The notes under the pieces were generated by a model that did no database searches, had not been told where the DNA came from, and saw only the letters and a program-made list of their open reading frames with translations. Positions 28,977-41,434 of a stretch of 64,000 nucleotides of DNA are shown here, one piece after another. Numbering within the stretch: the first letter of the stretch is position 1; each line of letters opens with the position of its first letter. The position numbers were made by a program, and so were the translations under genes. The DNA is from Octopus vulgaris (Eukaryota): assembly GCA_951406725.2 (NCBI GenBank), contig OX597822.1, positions 115,754,001 through 115,818,000 on the forward strand. The letters are read 5' to 3'.

Positions 28977-29178
28977 GGATCGTGGGTAAGGCCAGAACAA
29001 TGCGAATTAAATGCAAGGCAAATCACAAGAAAACAGATATATGAATTAATGTAGACTTACCTTGTATTTTTAAGAAATTAGCGAATGATGCAAGGTAAGA
29101 ATACATTATTTCATATATTTGTTTTCTTGTGATTTGCCTTGCATTTAATTCGCATTATTCTGGCCTTACCCACGATCC
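28977..29178. repeat. Near-perfect inverted repeat (91-bp arms, 20-nt spacer)
   Basis: Arms 28977-29067 and 29088-29178 are reverse complements with about 6 mismatches. Confidence 0.92.
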
Positions 29179-29184
29179 CTTACT

Positions 29185-29254
<70 letters not shown>

Positions 29255-29255
29255 A

Positions 29256-30155
29256 CAGGATGGCCCAGAGGTCACGAGGCGTTTTCAATAATCAATAACT
29301 TTTTAAATACCTATTTAATTGTTGTTCTATTTTAGATTTATATAAAGAAGACTCGAAAACTGAAGTATGGAAAAGTACACTACGGAACAGCGAACGCATG
29401 TTGTGAAATTTCATCACCAACACCATGGATCAATAATTCGGACTCAACGAGCATATATCGTCGTCATTATGGCACAATGAATTGTCCAAATGAATCAATG
29501 GTCACGTGATTAATTGGTCGTTTTGAAGATCAAGGATCAGTAAATGACCTGCCAAGAATAGGTGCGGGATGAGTTCAGAAAAAGTGATAGGACTTCGAAC
29601 ATGTGGATGGAGACACCGTCATTATCACTTGAGACGGATACCACTCCATGATCCAGAATTTCTTGTGTCCAGCAGTTCAAGATATGCCCGGTATGTAGTT
29701 TCAGCAAGATGGAGCCACAGTTCACACGGCAAGCAAAACAATGGAAATGCTCATGTAAATTCTGGATAGAAATGAATTTCTCGATTTTCAGAGATAAATT
29801 GGCCATCTCGTTCTTCAGATCTAACGGCTCCAGACTTTTTTCTATGGGGCTATCATTAGGAAAATGTTTATGTCAACAAGTCTCAAACAACTGCAGATCT
29901 CAAAAATAACATTAGAACAGGAATTAGATCACTGGAGCTACAAACGTTAAGGGCTGTAATAGAAACGCCATAGAAAAAGCACGTTTGTGTAAATTGGAAA
30001 ATGGACGCCATTTTGAAGATGCCATCTTTCCCACCAAGAGGAAATAAATTTCATATCCTTTTTCTATAACATATCTACTAAAATATCACAATTTTCACAC
30101 CAAATAGACGAGATACTAAATATTGAAATCCCTTCATGACTTTTGGGCCACCATA
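29256..30155 (+). mobile_element. Internally deleted Tc1/mariner-superfamily element (rosa/DD41D-like)
   Basis: TIR caggatggcccagaggtcacga / tcatgacttttgggccacc; MEKYTTEQRTHVV...RFEDQGSVNDLPR, FQQDGATVH and WPSRSSDL fragments. Confidence 0.8.
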
Positions 30156-30186
30156 TATATATACATACTACAAAGCTACACCTGCG

Positions 30187-30308
<122 letters not shown>

Positions 30309-30673
30309 GACGCAGGCGTGGCATTGAAGTAAGAATCTTGCTTCCCAACCACATGGTTCTGGGTTCACTCCCACAGCGTGGCACCTTTGGCAAATGTGTT
30401 CTACTATAGCTTCGGACCGATCAAAGCCTTGTGAGTGGATTTGGTAGATGGAAACTGAAAGAAGCCCGTCATATTTATGTGCGTGTGTCTTTGTGTCTGC
30501 GTTTGTCCCCTCACCATCGCTTGACAACCGATGTTGGTGTGTTTCTGTCACCGAAACTTAGCGGTTCGGCAAAAGTGACCAATAGAATAAGTACTAGTTT
30601 TACAAAGAATAAGTCCTGGGGTCGATTTCTTCGACTAACGGCGGTGCTCCAGCATGACTGAAACGTGTAAAAG
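30309..30673 (+). mobile_element. SINE family A
   Basis: Homologous to the other copies. Confidence 0.85.
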
Positions 30674-30674
30674 A

Positions 30675-30787
<113 letters not shown>

Positions 30788-31304
30788 GGGTGTATAAAAT
30801 GTCTTCAGCCGACAAAAACAAAGCATGGCTCAAAGGCCTTGAAGGCTCAACACTTTTCATACACCCCTCACAACTTTTCGGTAATTCCAGATTCCTGCAC
30901 TCTGAGTTCAAATCCCACCGATGTTAATCTTACTTTTCCTCCTTTCGAGATATCAATAAATTACTATTTCTGCACAGGGATCGATTCTTTCTCGCTCTCG
31001 AATTATGTTCTTCCTTCTGTCCTTTCTTTCTTTCTTTCTTCCTTTCTTTCTTTTTTATTTTATTTTATTTTATTTTTTTTGCCTCTTTCTCTTCTCGACG
31101 AAATCGATTGGGATTTCAGACCTGAAGAATAAGAACTGCTAAACTGCTATGTCTAAAATTTGAGCAAGACACGCCATAAGTTACAAGGTAGTCCCCCCCC
31201 CCCCCACCGCGAGTCCACCAAGGAATTAATGGTTCATTGCATTGCATGCATGTAGATATGTGTAAATTTATTACGCATTTGTGCGAAACGTACACAATAT
31301 ATGT

Positions 31305-31305
<1 letters not shown>

Positions 31306-31347
<42 letters not shown>

Positions 31348-31356
31348 CTTATTTAC

Positions 31357-31402
<46 letters not shown>

Positions 31403-31415
31403 GTCTATCTATATG

Positions 31416-31514
<99 letters not shown>

Positions 31515-31519
31515 GTCTA

Positions 31520-31550
<31 letters not shown>

Positions 31551-31580
31551 CTGTCTATCTATCTATCTATCTATCTGTCT
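31306..31580. repeat. (TCTA)n microsatellite
   Basis: Directly visible. Confidence 0.95.
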
Positions 31581-31721
31581 CTGTCAACCTATCTATATGT
31601 GTGTGCGTGTAAATATGCATGTATGTATGCATGCATCCATGTATATATGTATTTACGTACGTACGTGTGTGTCTGTGTGTCTGTGTGTCTGTGTGTGTGT
31701 CATTTTTGCGGCGAAAGTTTC

Positions 31722-31781
31722 GAAGTGGCTCAAGGACCGAGTTTCGTGCATTGGCACTTATCAAATGCATCCATTAGCAAT

Positions 31782-31817
<36 letters not shown>

Positions 31818-32125
31818 AACACACACACACACTTATATATATGCATGTATATGGGGGCGGGGAAACTTTTTAATGCAGAATTTACAAAGTGACTCAAGGA
31901 CCGAGTTTCGTGCATTGGCACTTATCAAAGGTATCCATTAGCAATCACACGCGCACACACAAACGCACATACATACACATACACACACATACACACACAC
32001 ATACACGCACACACACACACACACTTATATACATTTGTGTCTTTTTATGGCAGAAATTACGAAGTGACTCAAGACCGAGTCTCGTGTATTGGCACTTATC
32101 AAAGGTATGTATTAGCAAATCACAC
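31722..32125 (+). repeat. Three tandem ~170-bp units (60-bp core + CA tract)
   Basis: Core aagtg(g/a)ctcaaggaccgagtttcgtgcattggcacttatcaaa...attagcaatcac at ~31722, ~31887 and ~32062, plus a dispersed copy at ~26133. Confidence 0.85.
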
Positions 32126-32175
32126 TCACGCTTATAAATATACATACATAGATGCATACATACATAGATGCATAC

Positions 32176-32246
<71 letters not shown>

Positions 32247-32257
32247 TATTTATGTAT

Positions 32258-32480
32258 ATGAAGGCAAAGATTATGGCAGCATTCACCAACTTAAACAAGG
32301 AGACCATCCAGAAGAGTTGCAGGAGATTCCGAAGTCGTCTGGAGGCCGTGGTTGAAGCCCAATGGCGATTTTATTGACTAAATTTACTCTTTAGTATTTC
32401 AAGATATTTTTATGTAATTTTGGTAAATATGTCTGTTAAGATGAGATGTCAGTGTTATTTTGATTTTTGCATAATTTAGA
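32258..32480 (+). mobile_element. 3' end of a Tc1/mariner (maT/DD37D-like) element
   Basis: KAKIMAAFTNLNKETIQKSCRRFRSRLEAVVEA(N)GDFI transposase C-terminus. Confidence 0.65.
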
Positions 32481-32481
32481 C

Positions 32482-32766
32482 CAGTGCTTCTCAAACTATC
32501 TGATGTGGCGTACCGGCAGTTCCCCCACCCCCCACACACACAATGTTCTAGGGACCGGTAATATTTCATAATGATATTAATTTATACCGGAAACAATAAA
32601 TATAACGAATCTAATAAAAGTTGACAATTTTTGTTTCATCTTATATTTATTTTGTAAACAAATATCACAATATTACATAAGCATTTTATAACGTTTCTTT
32701 CTTATGTGGAAACTCTCCGCGTCCCAGCAGCTGATGGCCCACGGACCACCACTTCGAGTAGCACTG
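32482..32766. mobile_element. hAT (Charlie-like) MITE
   Basis: TIRs cagtgcttctcaaa / ttcgagtagcactg; perfect 8-bp TSD ATTTAGAC at 32474-32481 and 32767-32774. Confidence 0.92.
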
Positions 32767-33599
32767 ATTTAGACGACAGTTTATTCATCGTACAACCTTT
32801 CGCTAATTAAATTACTCTAAATGACCCGAGATACTCGCTCTACCTTGGTTTTGTTTTTTTCCTCTAATATAATACAGACCTGCTATAATGGAACCCTTAT
32901 ACGGATCCCTAGATCAAGCTTCAGCTGTGAGCTTGGAACCTGACGGACGACTAACTATAGCACTTACTCAGCGTACATATTCGTTTAGATCACAAGTATT
33001 GGTTAAGGTATTCGACTCACGATCGCAAGGTCGTGCTTTCAATTCCCGGCGGCGCATTATGTCCTTGGCCAAGACACTTTATTTTACATTGCTTCAGTCC
33101 ATTCTGCTGGTAAAAATGAGTTTGTGTCTGTATTTCAAAGGGCCAGCCTTGTTACGTCCTGTGTGCAAGTGGCTGAGTACTCCGCAGACACACATATCCT
33201 TAGCGTAATTCTCAAGGAGATTCAGCATGATACAGGACGTAACAAGGCTGGCCCTTTGAAATACAGACACAAACTCATTATATAAATATATATATAATAT
33301 ACTTGTCTGCTTAATTGACACATATGATAAACCCGAAATTAACTAATTACTAATTAATTACAATTTCACTATTTTACGAAATTAAGAGTCATTAATATAG
33401 AATCGGCGCTAATTGATTTTAATTGGCTACGAAATCCAATGATTCAGATTTTCTTTCTCCATTTTTGAGAGTGGTTGAGTATCTCTGGACACAGAATACA
33501 AAAGCCATTGCAGTCCAATTCTGACGTTTTTTGTCCACAAAATACACCGTAGCTGTGCTTTCATATTTCACTTAGATGCGAGTTGATGCAACTTATACT

Positions 33600-34250
33600 C
33601 TCTCTTTTTACTCTTTTACTTGTTTCAGTCATTTGACTGCGGCCATGCTGGAGCACCGCCTTTAGTCGAGCAAATCGACCCCAGGACTTATTCTTTGTAA
33701 ACCTAGTACTTATTCTATCGGTCTTTTGCCGAACCGCTAAGTTACGGGGACGTAAACACACCAGCATCGGTTGTCAAACATATACATACACATACGTATA
33801 TCTATATATATTCTGTCCGATGTCAGACGCCATGATAGATCGTTAGCTACTACACACATTTTTTTCTCCCCTTGTTTTTTTCTCTACTTTTTTTCTCTCC
33901 TTTTTATCTCTCCTTGTTTCTCTCCTTGTTTTTTTCTGTGTATCTTTCTGTCGAAGAGCGTAGGCTCGAAACGTAAAAGACTTTTTCTATTCCTGAGCGC
34001 TATACTAATACAATTGTTTGTTTGTACACCACCTGCCTTCGTCTTTTGTTTATTTTCGTAAACTTTCCCTTTATATATATATATATACATATATACGACG
34101 GCATTCTTTCAGTTTCCATCTACCAAATCCACTCACAAGGCTTTGATCGGCCCGAGGCTATAGTAGAAGATACTTGCCCAAGGTGCCACGCAGTGGAACT
34201 GAACCCAGAACCATGTGGTTGGTAAGTAAGCTATTTACCACACAGCCACA
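33600..34250 (-). mobile_element. SINE family A interrupted in its TA tract by the hammerhead-bearing repeat
   Basis: 3' half at 33600-33777, 5' half at 34085-34250, insert at ~33808-34071. Confidence 0.85.
33943..33980 (+). ncRNA. Second copy of the CUGUCGA hammerhead-like motif
   Basis: 38 nt identical to 12557-12594. Confidence 0.7.
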
Positions 34251-34510
34251 TTTTATATATCTCTTTTATCAATTTAATCTTTTCGACATCTACTATGAAA
34301 AATTAGAAAAATTCTCAAATGAATTAGAGATATACTTAAGGTTTAAGTAACCATTTGAAGCACGAGAAAACATTGGGCTACATACTTCATAGTATAACGT
34401 CTCTTTTGTTTTTACTATATTTCTATTGAAATACATTACATTTGTTTTAATTGATTTTGGAAATAATGAAGGATTTAGCGAAATTAATTTTGTCATTATT
34501 AAACTAGTAT

Positions 34511-34907
34511 AAGACGATTCGCTAGCAGAATCGTTAGCACGCTGGGAAGAATGCTTAGCGGTATTTCGTCTGCCGTTAAGTTCGGAGTTCAAATTCCGCC
34601 GAGGTCGACTTTGCTTTTCATCCTTTCGGGGTCGATAAATTAAGTACCAGTTACGCACTGGTGTCGATGTAATCGACTTAAACCGTTTGTCTGTCCTTGT
34701 TTATCCCTTCTGTGTTCATTCCCTTGTGGGTAGTAAAGAAATAGGTATTTCGTCGCCCCTACGTTCTGAGTTCAAATTCCGCCGAGGTCGACTTTGCCTT
34801 TTTTCCTTTCGGGGTCGATGACATAAGTACCAGTTACGCACTGGGGTCGATGTAATTGACTAGCCTCCTCCCCACAAATTTCAGCCCTTGTTCCTATAGT
34901 AGAAAGG
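34511..34907 (+). mobile_element. Dimeric SINE family B with 16-bp TSD
   Basis: Two tandem cores gagttcaaattccgccgaggtcgacttt; TSD attattaaactagtat at 34495-34510 and 34908-34923. Confidence 0.88.
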
Positions 34908-37090
34908 ATTATTAAACTAGTATTTGGATCATAAATTAATATAAATTTATATGGAGGGCTTTATTTTGAGTGCGAATCGTAAAACCAGGGGCGACCTTCG
35001 GCGGGTTGGTATCAAAAAGGATGTTGTTACACTTAATCCTTTGCTAAAATCTCATCGAAAATAACCCACTTTTCATCTCTCTGGCGAATATAGAAAATTA
35101 ACATAAAGTTACATCTGCAAAGTTTAATTCAATGTAGGATGGACCAACAAAAGGTCCGGTTCTTGTGGTTGTACAGCTGCTTGTGTGTCTCAATGGCCAG
35201 CCGAGCTTGCATAGCTCCCATGCTGGACAGGTCAAAGGATAGGGTCAGACCAATGTGGACCACCTTTTCCCAAAAGTAAAATGGATTTGCATAGGGCCAA
35301 CACCTCTACCTAGCAAAAAGTTATGTTTGCAGAAGCATCAATGATAATTCAAAACCAAGGCCTGGGAGAGGAAGGCCGTCCCTCAGGGAAACATATGATG
35401 TGGGTTATTGAGGCAGAACTGAGAAAGCAAGGATCTAATTGAAGGGAAACAGAAAAGAGTCGAGAACAATGGAGAAAAGCTGTTGGTAGTTTATGCTCCT
35501 TATGGAGTGAAGGTTCGTTTGCGCCACATAATTGCCATGTTTTCTTATGATAGCTTTAATAAATGTGTTGGTTATTACCAATTAGAACATAACTTTTATT
35601 TAAGATGCGAATTAATTCATGTTACTGTACACACAGCCAGACCAGTGAGTGGCTCATGAGCCGTTCTGCTAGGAACCGTCTACACTGGTAGACTTTTGAT
35701 TAACATTTTGTTACTGTGACTGTTCCCTCTTTTATTTAGCCATAATATATCTAAGAATGTATGACACAATGAAACCTTTCTAAGTCAAAGAGCAAGATCA
35801 GAGGGAGGTTTGACAATTGTTTCCAGCAGGTTGAGCAACTGATGGTATTTCCAAAGTGCAGCAAACACGAAAATCTATTAATGCAAAAGGAATCATCGAA
35901 GATCGAGGTAGGACAAGTGAAAAGGATATCGAGGCATTATAGGAAGATAAATCTAACTCAACTCTTGACAGATACTTTATTTGATCGATCGAGTAATTAT
36001 AAAAGGTAGAGTCGACTTCAGTGTGATTTGAACTCAGAACGTAAAAGGTCGAAATTAAATACTGCTAAGCATTTTTGTCTAACGCTCTACCAGTTCTATT
36101 TATACAGCCAACGTAATTAGAATCGGTAGAGTATCAGACAACTTCTGTTGCAGGCATTCGATTGTATATTTGAAGAGAGTAAAGTTTATTGCAGTAAGCT
36201 GTTGGGAATAGGGACCGGGTCATACCTGTATTATGCTGGAGTCCTTTAAGTAGACATTATATTTTATGTCCCTTATGAAGCGAGGGTTTTAAAAAAAGTT
36301 CTTCTGAATATCTGAAGGTTCTACGAAGTATTTTCAATCAATTTGTGTATTTCAGTAAACTGTGTGTATCGCGGTTTCGGAACAGGTGTAGCGTAAGAGG
36401 CGACTAAAGAGCTGGTGATAGGAAAAGTATCTGATCGTAGAAATAATATACCTTAAAAAACTCGTCCAACCCAAGCCAGTATAGAAAAACAGACATGAAA
36501 GCAATGATGATGAGGAGGAGGATCATAGTGATTGGTGATGGTTTATTTCGATGTATGGAAACAAAACACTAATGGACCAAACAGATTTGGTTGGGTGTGG
36601 ATAGTTTACTAGAAGACTTACTAGATTCCCCTCTGCAATGAAAACATAAATCAATACTACCCACATATTTAGTTGGTATGATGTGAACAGTTTCAGAAAC
36701 ATTCCTTCGGAAATAGTAAGAGAAAGCAAAAACGAAAGCATTATAATCTTGAAAACAGTTTCATCTTTATCGTCTGGATTGGGTTTCACTGAATCGTTCT
36801 TTTCTTCTTTTTTCATTTTGAATGAGCGAAAAACGTTTGCTCACAATTCATGGGAAACGATTTGATTTAATTAAGTAAATGTGTTGAAGTATCTTTAAAA
36901 CGTTAATCTCTAAATACGGATTATCCTGAACAATTCCAATTTGGCTGAGTAATCTTGGCAGTTGTGTATTTACAGTAAATACAAGATTAAACCTGTGTGA
37001 TGGGAAAGTATAATAAATCTCTCAAAAGTTAATCAGCAATCGTTCTAATCAATGAATAATTTCTGCCAGCCACGTATCTATGTTTACAGC

Positions 37091-37170
<80 letters not shown>

Positions 37171-37739
37171 TAGATTCAAATATTTGACATTACGTGATCA
37201 GAGGTATGTATATAGGTGATAAGCCATTCTAAGCTTTCAGGCTCGGTCATAAGCGCAGGAATACATAGCTGCGAGGTTAAAAAGGTCGCTTTCTCGCTTT
37301 GTAGCTACGTGGTTTCGGGTGCAGCCCCACTGCGCGGGACCCTAGGCAAGTGTCTTCTATTTGAGCCCCGAGTCGACCAATACCTTGCGAGGAAATTTAA
37401 TACGGGAACTGTGTGGAAGCCCTCCGTATGTGCGCCTGTTTGTCCCCATCACCGCACGACAACGAGTATTAGTTTGTTTCTTGTTTGCTCCTTCTCGAGC
37501 CACGCCTGGCTCATAAGGGCCGGTTTCCCGGTTTCTTGGCGTATAGGTTCCCCACCTGGACGGGATGCCAGTCCATCGCAGGTGAGCTGCTTGATGCAGA
37601 AGGAAAGAATGAGAGAAAGTTGTGGCGAAAATGTCAGCAGTAACCGATCCTCCTACACAATCTGTATCTTTGCACGTACGTAAGCATTTGTTCATTTAAT
37701 TTGTTTTTCCATACCAGCGTAAGTTGAACCGGAACCCTA

Positions 37740-38190
37740 CAGGGTGTTCGGGCTAAATTTGACAGTCTGCACAAAAGGATAAAAGGCAGTATCCCAGCCA
37801 AAAGTAAAAGTATTTAAAATCAAAAAAAATACCAACAAGATTATGACTGGGAGATGACAGTTTGCTCAAAGTAGTCGCCTTCAACTTCCACCACGGCCTC
37901 AAGACGGTTCCGGACCCTAGCGCATGCGTTCTTTAGTGTCCCCAGGAAGATCTTTGAACACCTCCTTGATCTGCTAACTCGGCCTTGGAATTGCAGGCGG
38001 AGCAATTGGTATCTTTCTCAACTGCTCCACACTCGATAATCCATGGGACTAAAATCGATGGAATTAGGAGGCCAGAAATTGGAGCTGGTGAAGTTGTAGA
38101 ATTTTCCGACTAGCACTTCTGGCTCTTTCCGGAATTATGGCAAGGAACCGAATCCTCCAGCAGCAACCCTCTCCAACCAGAGATTGACCA
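37740..38190 (-). mobile_element. Tc1/mariner (maT-like) 3' fragment
   Basis: TA|cagggtgttcgg terminus; minus-strand FWPPNSIDFSPMDY (WPPNSPDLNPMDY-like) and RNRLEAVVEVEGDYF. Confidence 0.7.
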
Positions 38191-39263
38191 GCATACTCGC
38201 ACACGCACATATACAATATCAGCCAGTCATGAAGAAATCATTGTAAGTGTCAAGTTATTTGAATAAGTTTTATATAATCATTGCTTATATTCATGTTTTC
38301 CAACATGTTGTTGAAACGATTGTAACAAAGGAATAAATGTGACATTAGTACATTCATTCTTTTGCTAGTTACTTTATGCTTTGTCGCTAAAGAAAAGTTC
38401 CTAAATTTTAAGTTTGTGTGGAACAGTTGTTCTTCCGAAATATTACTCCTTTCTATCCATTTTGTTTACCAGTATCCACAGCAACGATGTCTGAGCTAAC
38501 GACCCAGATTCGTGGACAAGTTACATTTCTTCCTCCGACTACTGTCTCCACCAAACACCTCCTTTCAGCGCCATCTCTCCTCTCCCTGTATTGCTCTTCA
38601 TCATCAACTCCTCGCTTACCTGCTATCATCCTCAATGCCCTCACATATTTACTGAAATCCTCGTCCCCAAGCCTCTTGTATATCTCTCTTCATCATTTGC
38701 TTCAGTCATCTCATCCTGGCCAAGCCTCTATATCACCTCGTTCTCATCTCCCCCAATGTCCCGACACATTTTCGCCAGCATCTCTCGCTCTCCTTTGTTT
38801 TCCAATTGAGTATCCATGTATCTACTCTACAGCAAGACACCTATATCTATCTCTTCTATACTTTAAATCTCTCAACTGGCACAAATCCTCACACCTTCAA
38901 TACTACTCCCTCCTAATTGAGGGGGTTTTGTCTTGCAAAGCACTTGGTGACCCTATCGGTGCTGGCGTCACGTAAAAAGCACCCAATACCCTGTAAAGTG
39001 GTTGGCGATAGGAAGGGCATCCAGCTGTAGAAATCAAGCCAAACAGACTAGGGAACTTGGTGCGGCTCCTAGCCTTGCTAGCTCCCGTCTAACACTCTAG
39101 TCCATGCCGGTCAAAGGTTTGTGAATGGATTTGGTGCATAGAAACTGAAATAAGCCCATTGTGTGTGTGTGTGTGCGTGTGTTCGCCCCACCCTCACCAC
39201 TTGACAATTGGTGTTGGCAAAAGAGACCAATAGAATAAGTACCAGGCTTACATAAAATAAGTA

Positions 39264-40535
39264 CTGGGTGGGACAGAGAGGTCGGATGTTTTTAAAAAAT
39301 TCACAAAATCATTAATCTTAGCGGCAAACAAATTTTATTGACATCAATGTGTTCGTAGTGAATCTAACATTTGTCAAAATCAAGTGTGGAAAGCAACATC
39401 CATCTTCTGGTGTCCGTTTTCATTGATGAATTTCTGAAGGCGTTCTTAGAAGTTGGTCTCCACTCTCTCCAGCATTGCTCTGTTGATTTGGGCAGCTTCC
39501 ACGCGAATAGCTTCCTTCAAATCGTCCAATGTACGGGGCTTATGCGCATACACACGTACCTTGAGGTTTCCCCCACAAGAAATAATCACACATAGACAAA
39601 TCAGGGGACCGAGGAGGACAAAGGAATGTCAGCAAACCTGGAAATGGGGCGGTTACCGAAGAGAGGGCGAAAAACGTCCATTGAAGCTCTGGAAGTGTGG
39701 GCCGTGGCCCCATCCAGCTGAAACCAAAGATGTCGAATAGGCATACGTTTTCGTCGTAATTCAGGCACAATGAAGTTGTTTATCATCTCGATGTAACGCT
39801 TGTAGTTCACAGTAACAGTATTTCCTTAAAAATAGTAAGGACCAATGACGGCAGCTTTCCCAACAGCACATCAGACCGTCACTTTTGGGTTGTGCAGTGG
39901 TCTTTCGTGCATCAGATTTTCAAGAGCCCAATAACGACAGTCCTGTTGATTCACCATGCCATTGAGATGAAAATGAACTTCATCACTCATTAACAAAATG
40001 AAGTTGTCATTTGCCTCAAAAATTTCTTCCATCTGAAGTGCGAAGTTAAGGCTCTGTGCAGAGTCCCATGGTTTCAACTGTTGCCCAATAACTAATCTGT
40101 ACGGGTGGAAATGCAGGTCTTCATGCAAAATACGCCTTACTGATCGATTATCGATGCCAAGTTCAGTGGGATGCCTCCGACCAGAGCGATTCGGACTCCG
40201 TATCAAAGCTTGTCTGACGCGTTCCACATTTTTCGGGGCCCGAACCGTTCGTGGCGCCCCCACCAGTATCCTATTCATTAGTGTACCTCGTGTAGGAAGT
40301 GCATTCACCCAACATAAGATTATGTTACGGGTGGGAACAGCCTGATTTTGGTGAATGTTGAAGTGGCGGTTGTAGGCAAACACGCGATGCTCCATCGTCC
40401 ACAGCGCCATGGTTTCACCTGAAAAGGGAAAAAATGCTAAGACACCACGGACCGAATGGTACCTGTTGGATGTCCCTCTCCCTGGGGATAAGTAATCGCC
40501 ATTTCAAAAACGTCCATCCTCTCTGCTCCACCCTG
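39264..40535 (-). mobile_element. Near full-length decayed rosa/DD41D-like transposon inserted in a SINE A copy
   Basis: TIRs c(t/a)gggtgg..cagagagg, TA TSD; MSDEVHFHLNG, RYWA, WFQLDGATAHT and PPRSPDLSMCDYFLWG with frameshifts; SINE halves at 39108-39263 and 40536-40605. Confidence 0.9.
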
Positions 40536-41032
40536 TACTAGGGTCGGTTTATTTGAAAAAATTCAAGGTTGTGCCCCAGCTTGGCCGCAGTCAAATGACT
40601 GAAACTAAATCATAAGACTGATACAGCTGCCAAGCTGAAAGGGAAATACCTGATGTGTGACTATCTCACCTTCATTTGAAATATTTGTTTCACAACCCCT
40701 ATTCAAGGTTCATAGCCTATTGCTTAGGGCTCAGGCTCACAATAGAAAGGTCTCACTTCCTGCACTGGGCATTGTGTTGTGTTCCAATGTACTCTACTAG
40801 GAGACAGGTACCAGCTAAGTGCGGAGGAAGCTCTCTCTCTCCCTTCCTTCCAGCCATCACAACCTGGCTTAATGGAGGAATAATCACAAAGGTGTCTATA
40901 CCTACTCGTGACTAGAGAGGCATCTACAATTAGTGAAAGCATGATACGTGTCACCGAGTCATTCTCGCTTGCAAGCAATGGCTACGGAATTTAATCTTAC
41001 GAAATGTGTCTCAAGAAAAAAACCAAATAAGT

Positions 41033-41434
41033 GTGGGTGTGTGGTAAGAAACTTGCTTCCCAACCAATGGTCCTGTATTCAGTCCACTGTGTGAGAGCCT
41101 GGGCAACTGTCTTCTACCATAGACTCGGGTCAACAGAAGCTTTGTGAGTGAATTTGGTAGAAGGAAACTGAAAGAAGCCCATCGTATATATATATACATG
41201 TGTGTCTGTGAATGTATTGATGTGTGTCTGTGTTTGTCCCCCTGCCATCGCTTGACAACTGATGCTGGTGTGTTTATGTCCCTGTAACAGGGAGATAAAC
41301 TGCAAGAGAGACTGATAGGATAAGTACTAGGCTTACAAAGAATAAGTCTTGAGATCGATTTCTTCAATTAAAACCCTTCAAAGCAGTGCTCCAGCATGGC
41401 CGCAGTCAAATGACTGAAACAAGTAAAAGAATAA
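41033..41434 (+). mobile_element. SINE family A
   Basis: Complete head to tail, partly CpG-decayed. Confidence 0.85.

Noticed and set aside
31722-32125. Repeat-spacer pattern resembling a CRISPR array
   Set aside because: Eukaryotic context, spacers are CA microsatellite, repeats are degenerate and there are no cas genes.
38418-38975. 185-aa ORF
   Set aside because: No recognisable motif; more likely the antisense of a decayed retroelement fragment.
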